DNA of 63,248 nt, counting the filler, from Octopus bimaculoides (taxonomy: Eukaryota): assembly GCF_001194135.2 (NCBI RefSeq). It is 4 parts of 4 records of this genome, joined end to end, with 100 filler letters (N's around TTAATTAATTAA, not from the genome) between each part and the next. Parts side by side here need not be neighbours in the genome. Positions count along the whole stretch, not along the records: positions 34,456 to 60,970 come from NC_068994.1; positions 61,071 to 63,248 come from NW_026415745.1; 2 more parts are not named here. One strand, given 5' to 3'. The first letter of the stretch is position 1, and every line of letters starts with the position of its first letter. Below the pieces are notes generated by a model. It did no database searches. It saw only the letters and a program-made list of their open reading frames with translations, and was not told the DNA's origin. The position numbers and the translations under genes were made by a program. Of the stretch, positions 54,235 to 63,248 are shown piece by piece.

Positions 54235-54295
<61 letters not shown>

Positions 54296-54559
54296 CGTAC
54301 ATACGATCTATCTTCCGTTTCGCTTGTCGTGAAAGATCCAAATTTCAATGGCGTTGTTTATGTAACATCACTAATTATCTCACTAATGGAACGCTTTTAA
54401 TTATGCCTTATAATGAAACACCTTAATGGTGCTGTTGTCGTAATTGGGTCGCTGTAGAACCTACTAAAATTACATCACAAATCGAAACTAATATAATGTC
54501 AATTTTTTTCGCCACTAATAAGCATTAGTTAATTATAGCACCGAAAGAACACTCTTAAT

Positions 54560-54707
54560 CACGTTGCAAATGAAACGTCATTACATTCCGTTGCTAAGAG
54601 AATGTAGTTAATTACGTCATAAATAGACTCTTGTTCGTTACGTCATTAAAGGACCAACTATAATTACGTTCGTAATAGAAGTCATTAATTACGTTTCTGA
54701 TGTGACG

Positions 54708-54710
<3 letters not shown>
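54560..54710. promoter_or_regulatory. Candidate intronic cis-regulatory module: cluster of bZIP (CRE/ATF-like) sites with TAAT motifs
   Basis: ACGTCA 54575-80, TTACGTCA 54612-19 and 54638-45, TTACGTTCGTAA 54664-75, TTACGT 54689-94, perfect TGACGTCA 54703-10. Non-repetitive context, 2 kb upstream of the exon. Confidence 0.3.
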
Positions 54711-54771
<61 letters not shown>

Positions 54772-54805
54772 AGGTAGATAGATAGATAGATAGATAGATA
54801 GATAC

Positions 54806-54848
<43 letters not shown>

Positions 54849-54849
54849 C

Positions 54850-54898
<49 letters not shown>

Positions 54899-54899
<1 letters not shown>

Positions 54900-54957
54900 G
54901 AGTGGCTGTGTGGTAAGTAGCTTGCTTACGAACCACATGGTTCCGGGTTCAGTCCGG
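54899..54957 (+). mobile_element. Truncated SINE family B head
   Basis: GAGTGGCTGTGTGGTAAGTAGCTTGCTTACGAACCACATGGTTCCGGGTTCAGTCC. Confidence 0.8.
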
Positions 54958-55067
54958 TCACTTATACGCCATGGAAACCTCGTAAGCGGCTCTATGAGTC
55001 GTTGGAGGAGAAACAGTAATGTCTATTCGAACAGAGATGGTTAAATATTTCTCTGTAGCATGTATAT

Positions 55068-55341
55068 CAGTGGTTTTCAATCGGGGGCCCTATCGCCCCT
55101 GAAGATCCATATAAGATTCTTGGGCGTTCACACAAGCAAAATAGTATATTAAGGGTCTATGAAGAAAATGTTTCTTTAGATGTTGTTATTGCTAGAAACG
55201 GCGACGTATCTTTCTTTAACGTTTTACATACTTAAGCCTACACAAGTGAATGTATGAAAAACATCGAATAGCTATGGATGTCCACCAAGATAGAATCGTA
55301 ATCAAAGGGGTCCATCTGTAAAAAGCGGTTGAGAACCACTG
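55068..55341. mobile_element. hAT (Charlie-type) MITE, 274 bp
   Basis: TIRs CAGTGGTTTTCAA / TTGAGAACCACTG; 8-bp flanks ATGTATAT vs ATCTTTAT (6/8 match). Confidence 0.8.
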
Positions 55342-56076
55342 ATCTTTATAGTAACAGGTTTGTTAATGTGGTCGTAGCCGGACGGATTTCGAATCCCACC
55401 GAAGTATGCTCGTATTTTATTGGTTTATGACCTCGCGTCGAACAGCTGCCATTACGTGTGGAAAACATCCAGCAATCCCGCGAAGATCAACGCGCCAAAT
55501 TCCTTTGTCAAAGATGAGCGTCTTTTCTTCATTTTCTTGATGGCAATGGCAAAGGGTATTGTGTGATGGACAAAGTTGAAAGGCTTCAGTACAGATTCTT
55601 TTCATCTCTGGTCAAACCTTCATCAACCCCCTTCACTCTTCAAGTACCACTTAAAGAGACCAGAGGGTCAAGAAGTGGGGTACTTCACTGCAGTGTGTTT
55701 TATGAAAGCTGAATGACAGTGGTAAGATTGATGAGCCTAAATGATTTTGTTCTGACCCTGCGACTCTAGATAGACAGGAAACAAGAAACTGAAAGAGAAC
55801 TTCGTATTTGATCTGATATGTCAAGGTGATCAGAGGTTTGCTATGAGCTACCCCGGAATTGCACTAGATGATTGCTACACACCCTGTATTGGAAACCTTT
55901 ACTGGTTGATGTACTTATTCTACCTTCTTTTTATTTATGTTTGGCCAGCTCTTTTAAAAAATTTTTTTTTTTTTGCTCATTGCAACCCACCACACCGTCA
56001 TCACTCTTTTATTTTAAGCCGTCCTTTTACTGTTCCAAGATCTTGTGCCCTTGAGACAAATAAAATTTCTCCGGAC

Positions 56077-56205
56077 AAAATGCTTAGCAGCATTTTTTCC
56101 GGCTTTACGTTCTGAGTTCAAATTCCGCCGACGTTGATTAAGTCGACGTAATCGACTTAATCCTAATCCCTTCCCCCAAACTTGAGGCCGTGCGCTTCCA
56201 GTATA
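56077..56205 (+). mobile_element. Partial SINE family A
   Basis: AAATGCTTAGCAGC...TACGTTCTGAGTTCAAATTCCGCCG...TAATCGACTTAATCC. Confidence 0.75.
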
Positions 56206-56298
56206 AAGGAGTATTATTATTAAGCAGCAGCAGCAGCAGCAGCAGTAGCAGTAGTAGTATTAGTAGTAGTAGTAGTAGTAGTAGCAGTAGTAGTAGTA

Positions 56299-56546
56299 CA
56301 CTAGGGCGTGCTAATTTAGTCAGAAGGGTTTTTTTATCTTGAGATTTGGTGACAAGAATCTTTTTTAGAATCCTTGCAGAATATAGAAGGGTGCTTTTCT
56401 GGAAGTCGACGACGCGAGTTTCAGTTCCAATCCGTTTCAGTCTCCTAGGCCACAGTTTGGGTTTTGTGCCAAGTGCACCAATTGAATAATTCGAACAATA
56501 ATAGGAATAATTGTTACCTTGGTCTTCTACAGTTTCTTCAGTACTT
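56299..56546 (-). mobile_element. 3' fragment of an R4/Dong-like LINE between TAA-type microsatellites
   Basis: EVLKKL*KTKVTIIPIIV (frameshift) IGALGTKPKLWPRRLKRIGTETRVVDFQKSTLLYSARILKKIL. On its own strand it is preceded by (TAA)n and followed by (TAC/TGC/TAA)n. Confidence 0.8.
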
Positions 56547-56553
56547 CTTCTTC

Positions 56554-56605
56554 TTATTATTATTATTGTTATTATTATTATTATTATTACTATTATTATT
56601 ATTAC

Positions 56606-56666
<61 letters not shown>
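56554..56666 (+). repeat. (TTA)n microsatellite (about 37 units) directly abutting the exon acceptor
   Basis: Direct reading; no AG between 56542 and 56668. Confidence 0.95.
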
Positions 56667-56667
<1 letters not shown>

Positions 56668-56670
56668 CAG

Positions 56671-56742
56671 ACGTTTGAACTATAACCAGATAACGGAGAT
56701 TCCAGATATGCTGTTCGCCAACATGCCGAAACTTTACCGACT
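56671..56742 (+). CDS. slit: Internal 72-nt LRR-coding exon, most likely Slit exon 4 (first LRR domain)
   Basis: Acceptor TTCCAG (56665-56670) and donor GTAAGT (56743-56748) bound exactly 72 nt in phase 2/2. Translation RLNYNQITEIPDMLFANMPKLYRL fits LxxNxIxxIPxxxFxxxxxLxxL. By eye it shares 12/24 identities with the vertebrate SLIT2 repeat recalled as [24 protein letters not shown] (from memory; needs BLAST). The exon itself is more certain (about 0.9) than the Slit assignment. Confidence 0.75.
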
Positions 56743-57284
56743 GTAAGTGTAAAATGATTTTTTTAATTTTTTACTTTACTCCCAATATACAAACGGATGT
56801 GCCATGTCTGTGTGTGTGCGTGTGTATGTCTGCGTGTGTGTGTGTACGTGTATGTGTGTGTGTGTGTGTGTGTTTGTTTGTGTGAGTGTGTTTACATATG
56901 TATGCGTGAACAACAATGTAGTAAAGATGATAAGTATTGCATATGTAGCTTACACCGAAAGAAATTTCATTGGTATTTTATGAGAACGACCTACACATGT
57001 TACGATTAAGTACATTCGAAGTTATCTCCCTTCGTTTGATGGGAAATATAAAATGTACCCTATTTGGGGGCATGGGAGACTCTGCATCGAGGAAGACGCA
57101 CCCTGGTTTTGGAAATGTAGTTCTTGGAAATTTTCTCTTTCTGTTAACCAAAGCTCTGTCCACACAATTGGACTGTGCCTGGCGAGCACACGCTAAATGC
57201 TTGTAATAAGACAAAATTGGCGGACTGTCCTGTTTCTATGTTCTTTGGGATAATGTACTACCTCAAGTCTAAATACAATATTAT

Positions 57285-57415
57285 ATCTGAGGTCGACTTT
57301 GCTTTTCATCATTTCGGGGTTGATGAATTAAGTACCAGTTGCGTACTGGGGACGATCTAATCTACTGGCCTCCTCCTCCACAAACGTTTTAGGCTTTGTG
57401 CTTAGAGTAGAAAAA
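57285..57415 (+). mobile_element. 5'-truncated SINE family A (core plus tail 2)
   Basis: GAGGTCGACTTTGCTTTTCATCATTTCGGGGTTGATGAATTAAGTACCAGTTGCGTACTGGGG...GTGCTTAGAGTAGAAAA. Confidence 0.8.
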
Positions 57416-58454
57416 AAAACAGAATTTGCAAGACTGAAAATGGCTTGTGAAACCAGTGAGAGCTTTGTAGCGAATGAGTAAAACTTTAGACATTCGAGTG
57501 TGGAGAAAAAAACAAACTATTATTCAGATGAGAAACTAAATTTTCATAATTTCTCAATAGATGGCGCTACAGCACCACTCCTATTAAAGCAAACAGCATG
57601 ACAGTGGTAGTTTAGTTGCAGTAGACTTTTTAAAAGCTATTCTTTATTGACCGTGTAATTACAATTATATTTATATCAACAATCTTAGTTAAATCAAATG
57701 TTTTATAGTATAGAAAAATTATTTGAAAATTTTAAATAATGCAATAACAGTCTTTGTAAGCGGCTGATTTCAACAACTTCTAAACTAGCGTTCTGGAAGA
57801 CGTATGATAATTTTCAAGGTATTTTTCATAAAAAAGAAAAATTGGGTTGTCCTCCATACTGCAAAATACGGTAATATTTGTCATTGACTGATATTGTTGG
57901 GTTTTTTTCCTCTTTGCATTTATATTCAGTTTTTGTATTGTTTTATTTTGCTTTGATTTTTTTGTTGGTGGGGTGGCAGGTTTTAATGGACTGTACATGA
58001 AATATGTTAATAATAACATAAATACTTTTTTTGTTTTGTTGTTGTTTTTTGTTTGTATTGATGGGTTGATTAAGTTAAATGTTTATGATCCTACGACGAC
58101 AAATGTCCACTGTTGTATATTTCCGTACTGATTTTCTTATCGTTATTTCATTCGGCAAATATTGTGAAGATTATGATATATTTCAAGAGGTCAAAATACG
58201 ATCGAATCCTATTCCAGGTTTTCTCTCTTTGTGTGCCGGAGAAAATTAAAACAATTATAATACCAGATATTCAGCCGTAATTTTACGAGACAAGAACGAC
58301 AATTGACAATATTTTTTAGACATAAATGACATATCTTTGGTGGATTCTTTTGTAAACAATAGATAGAGGTTCCAAGAGTTCCTGCTGAACAACCTGCGCA
58401 GAAAAATATCTGTAGTATACATTAATTCGCTCTCACCATCATATCCGTGTGCAG

Positions 58455-58724
58455 ATAATTCGTCGACAGACAATTCGTCGACAGACAATTCGCCGACAGA
58501 CAATTTGCCGACAGACAATTCGCAGACAGACAATTCGCAGACAGACAATTCGCCGACAGACAATTTGCCGACAGACAATTCGCCGACAGACAATTCGCAG
58601 ACAGACAATTCGCCGACAGACAATTTGCCGACAGACAATTTGCCGACAGACAATTCGCAGACAGACAATTCGTCGACAGACAATTCGCCGACCGACAATT
58701 CGCAGACAAACAATTCGCCGATTG
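58455..58724 (+). repeat. 15-bp tandem array (ACAATTCG(C/T)(C/A)GACAG-like, about 18 copies)
   Basis: Direct reading; four degenerate inverted copies at 58846-58902. Confidence 0.95.
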
Positions 58725-60719
58725 GATAATTGGCTGATTGGACAATATTTTAATGATTTGACCAATCTATCGCTTTAACAATAATAATGATGGTTTCACA
58801 TTTTGGTACAAGGCCAGCAAGATCAAGGAAGCGGGTGAATCTGTAAGTTGTCTCTCGGCCAATTTTCAGTCGGCCAACTATCTGTCGACGGATTGTCCGT
58901 CTACCATCAAATCGACATTGGCTGTACAAGCGCATAGTGTACTAGGCGTCAAATATCGAAGTGATACCAGAGCAGCATCAAATGAAATGTTTTGCTCAAG
59001 AAATACAACGCATCGCACGGTGCGGAAATGGAAAAGTATTATCTTACAATTATGACTGCACCACTCTCAGCACAAGGCTTAAGCGTCTTCACGTTGACAC
59101 AACTATAACAAGTAATTATAATGTCGTGCAGCATTGACTGTGATGTAGACATCTTAGACTAAATTACTGCACAATTATAGCAGGCAAGAAATGTAAACCT
59201 ATCATTTTGTATACTAATTGGTACAACCCCGAAATGGTGTGATACACAATTGCTTCGCTAAAAAAAGCTTAATGACAGATTATTACGCAATGATTATAGA
59301 CAGAGGAAAGTTGCAGAGAACAGCAACACTAGACATTGGAAACCTATTTTTGCTACACTAAAGCGGTTGTTAGCCGTCACCTTATTTCTATACAACACTT
59401 CTGTTATGTCTTTCAATTCTTTGCGCGATAAGAAAGAAATGGAGATGTCTTGCAAGGTTCTTTGAGATTTTCTTTGAGATTTTGCTTTTACTTTTTTCTT
59501 TTTTTTTTGTTTGGTTTGGTTTGTCTTGTTTGTTTTTTTCAGACTGTCTACGTGATAATTGCTAAGTAATTTTGTTGTTGGCAATGTCTGTGTGTGCTTT
59601 GTATATATATATATGTNNNNNNNNNNNNNNNNNNNNNNNNNNNNNNNNNNNNNNNNNNNNNNNNNNNNNNNNNNNNNNNNNNNNNNNNNNNNNNNNNNNN
59701 NNNNNNNNNNNNNNNNNNNNNNNNNNNNNNNNNNNNNNNNNNNNNNNNNNNNNNNNNNNNNNNNNNNNNNNNNNNNNNNNNNNNNNNNNNNNNNNNNNNN
59801 NNNNNNNNNNNNNNNNNNNNNNNNNNNNNNNNNNNNNNNNNNNNNNNNNNNNNNNNNNNNNNNNNNNNNNNNNNNNNNNNNNNNNNNNNNNNNNNNNNNN
59901 NNNNNNNNNNNNNNNNNNNNNNNNNNNNNNNNNNNNNNNNNNNNNNNNNNNNNNNNNNNNNNNNNNNNNNNNNNNNNNNNNNNNNNNNNNNNNNNNNNNN
60001 NNNNNNNNNNNNNNNNNNNNNNNNNNNNNNNNNNNNNNNNNNNNNNNNNNNNNNNNNNNNNNNNNNNNNNNNNNNNNNNNNNNNNNNNNNNNNNNNNNNN
60101 NNNNNNNNNNNNNNNNNNNNNNNNNNNNNNNNNNNNNNNNNNNNNNNNNNNNNNNNNNNNNNNNNNNNNNNNNNNNNNNNNNNNNNNNNNNNNNNNNNNN
60201 NNNNNNNNNNNNNNATATATATATATATATACATACATAGACATGCATATACCTATGTCTGTATGTATATATATATATGTTTGTTTTTGTATATATATAT
60301 ATGTGTGTGTGTGTATGTGTGTGTGTCTGTGTGTGTGTGTGTGCGTGTGTGTGTGTGTGCAAGCGCACACCTACATATATACTTTGTTAAAGCTTTCATC
60401 CTATACATTGTCTTCTTTTCTATTTTGCTCTTTTCCTTTTTCTTGTGAGAGCAGAGTAGATGGCCGTTATTATTTCTTGAAAGCGTTGGCTTTGATGACT
60501 TGGGCGTCAAAAAGAACCCTATATAAATAAATAAAAACAGATATACTCCGATTTTCAATTTTTTAATTGATTGTCCCAGCTGCACCTGTGATGTCGCATT
60601 TGACCTTAGCAATTAACTGTTCTGCTTAAGTATTTATTAATTAGCCTACCTTGGCATATTTGTTGTCCGAGCGTGTATCTCTGTCCCTGTTTGAGTGAAT
60701 GTATATGTTGCCAGCATTT

Positions 60720-60960
60720 CTTTTATCTTTTATCTTTTATTTGTTCCAGTCATTAGACTGCGGTTATGCTGGGGCACCGCCCTAAAGAATTTATAGTCGA
60801 AAGTCTGGACCCCAGTACATTCTTTTCTAAGCCTAGTACTTATTCTATCTTTCTCTTTTGCCGAACCGCTAAGTTACGGGGACATAAAATCACCAACACC
60901 AGTTGTCAAGCGGTGGCGCGGGGTCAAGTACAGACGCAAAAACAAACATGTACACACACA
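60720..60960 (-). mobile_element. SINE family C segment
   Basis: Homologous to 9795-10020. Confidence 0.8.
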
Positions 60961-61070
60961 CACACACACANNNNNNNNNNNNNNNNNNNNNNNNNNNNNN
61001 NNNNNNNNNNNNNNTTAATTAATTAANNNNNNNNNNNNNNNNNNNNNNNNNNNNNNNNNNNNNNNNNNNN

Positions 61071-61455
61071 AAACTGAAGTTTATCTAGAAGGGAAAATAA
61101 GAAAATGGAGATGAAATTGATAATTGAGAAACCAGTTATTATTTATTGATTACAAAAAAAAAACAATATCTTATCTAACAGCTGTTTCTGTTTGCACTAT
61201 TTTGGCATAATTGCGTTTAATTATTTCAATAATAATAATTATCACTGTTAATAATAATACCAACTTAGTGGAACTTAAGTTGGTATAATTATTAAGAGTG
61301 ATAATTATTATTGATTATGTCCAAAATAGTGCGAACAGAAACAGCTGTTAGATGAGATATTGTTTTTTTTGTAATCAATAAATAATAATTGATGTTTCTC
61401 AATTATCAATTTCACCTCCATTTTCTTATTTTCCCTTCTAGATAAACTTCAGTTT
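61071..61455. mobile_element. About 385-bp imperfect foldback (long inverted repeat), MITE-like
   Basis: AAACTGAAGTTTATCTAGAAGGGAAAATAAGAAAATGGAG (61071-61110) is exactly complementary to 61416-61455. Pairing continues with mismatches and indels to a central TACCAACTTA-loop-TAAGTTGGTA at about 61258-61285. Confidence 0.85.
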
Positions 61456-61489
61456 ATATGTATATATATAAATGTATATATATATAATA

Positions 61490-61523
<34 letters not shown>

Positions 61524-61524
61524 C

Positions 61525-61570
<46 letters not shown>

Positions 61571-62534
61571 TAACGTGAGAGGGTACCCAATTATTACTAC
61601 ACTAGTGCTATACTAGGTGCAATCAATGGGAGCGGGTAAAAGTGGAGGTTTTACCCAAAATTTGTGTAACAATTAGAAAATGGAGGATAATATGCTGAAC
61701 CCAACTACTTGCAGACGGTGTATCCNNNNNNNNNNNNNNNNNNNNNNNNNNNNNNNNNNNNNNNNNNNNNNNNNNNNNNNNNNNNNNNNNNNNNNNNNNN
61801 NNNNNNNNNNNNNNNNNNNNNNNNNNNNNNNNNNNNNNNNNNNNNNNNNNNNNNNNNNNNNNNNNNNNNNNNNNNNNNNNNNNNNNNNNNNNNNNNNNNN
61901 NNNNNNNNNNNNNNNNNNNNNNNNNNNNNNNNNNNNNNNNNNNNNNNNNNNNNNNNNNNNNNNNNNNNNNNNNNNNNNNNNNNNNNNNNNNNNNNNNNNN
62001 NNNNNNNNNNNNNNNNNNNNNNNNNNNNNNNNNNNNNNNNNNNNNNNNNNNNNNNNNNNNNNNNNNNNNNNNNNNNNNNNNNNNNNNNNNNNNNNNNNNN
62101 NNNNNNNNNNNNNNNNNNNNNNNNNNNNNNNNNNNNNNNNNNNNNNNNNNNNNNNNNNNNNNNNNNNNNNNNNNNNNNNNNNNNNNNNNNNNNNNNNNNN
62201 NNNNNNNNNNNNNNNNNNNNNNNNNNNNNNNNNNNNNNNNNNNNNNNNNNNNNNNNNNNNNNNNNNNNNNNNNNNNNNNNNNNNNNNNNNNNNNNNNNNN
62301 NNNNNNNNNNNNNNNNNNNNNNNNNNNNNNNNNNNNNNNNNNNNNNNNNNNNNNNNNNNNNNNNNNNNNNNNNNNNNNNNNNNNNNNNNNNNNNNNNNNN
62401 NNNNNNNNNNNNNNNNNNNNNNNNNNNNNNNNNNNNNNNNNNNNNNNNNNNNNNNNNNNNNNNNNNNNNNNNNNNNNNNNNNNNNNNNNNNNNNNNNNNN
62501 NNNNNNNNNNNNNNNNNNNNNNNNNNNNNNNNNN

Positions 62535-62569
<35 letters not shown>

Positions 62570-62570
62570 C

Positions 62571-62609
<39 letters not shown>

Positions 62610-62689
62610 AAGACATATATATATGCGCGCACACATGCACACGGACACACACATACAGACACACATAAACACACACGCACATACACACA

Positions 62690-62726
<37 letters not shown>

Positions 62727-63213
62727 CAAAAGACTGATAGATGGCTAACTAGATAAACATAGATATATTTACATAAACGGAAGTTGTATATCAGACATAA
62801 TTCTTTCCAAGCTTTCCCAGTAAAGGTTCCGGGATCGGTTAACTTCCTTTTCCTAAGAATCACTTCAGCTATTATTTGAAAATAATGCTCATAACACTTG
62901 AGCTATTCAGAAACGTCTTAATATTAGAAGCTTCTAACTCTTGATGAGTTCAGCTTCGACTGAACAAATATATTAATGCATATTGTCAGCATTGTTTTCC
63001 ACTGTCGTCATTAAACGTCCGTGTTCCGTTAGTGGCATGGGTTGAACTAAACATATATAAATATATACACACACACACACAATCATTTATATATCTACAT
63101 GAGTATAAATATGTAAATGTATAAAAAAATGAATAACTAAATGAGGCTATTCAAAATTACCCTGCTGTCCTTAACTGCAATTCACACAAGTGTGAACAAT
63201 AATAATCAATTGT

Positions 63214-63248
<35 letters not shown>

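Noticed and set aside
55590-55740. Possible L1/Tx1-like fragment on the minus strand (FKWYLK...)
   Set aside because: Only a few residues resemble the motif, with multiple stops; insufficient.
58225-58410. Cys-rich minus-strand frame (CAGC, CHLC, CRSC)
   Set aside because: No start or splice support and no recognisable zinc-finger spacing.
58455-58724. CRISPR-like array (also 4667-4749)
   Set aside because: The repeats are contiguous with no unique spacers, the context is eukaryotic and there are no cas genes.
58255-58778. Pentapeptide-repeat ORFs (ELSVG, CLSAN, RQTIR, TDNSP)
   Set aside because: All frames are open because the 15-bp unit lacks stops; this is a DNA tandem repeat, not a gene.

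Overview
Eukaryotic, AT-rich, microsatellite-saturated and gappy (many N runs) genomic DNA. The SINE families and the microsatellite load point to an octopus/coleoid cephalopod assembly (inference). Nearly all ORFs in the supplied track are microsatellite or N artefacts. One convincing host exon is visible: a 72-nt, phase-2 leucine-rich-repeat exon at 56671-56742 (+), RLNYNQITEIPDMLFANMPKLYRL, best matching the fourth LRR exon of Slit. Most of the window is therefore probably a very large Slit intron. The rest is a transposon graveyard: many tRNA-derived SINEs, four R4/Dong-like (RLE) LINE remnants, a 5'-truncated RTE LINE with a perfect 10-bp TSD, a decayed DD34E Tc1 element, mariner and hAT MITEs, and two foldback-like structures. 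The most interesting object is at about 1790-2067 (-): a tRNA-headed SINE with an internal (AAT)n tract that carries an apparently intact minimal type-I hammerhead ribozyme of the Penelope-like (palindromic ACGU, dimer-type) class. A headless inverted copy with a destroyed ribozyme lies 40 nt away on the Slit sense strand. All calls were made by eye; no searches or folding programs were run.
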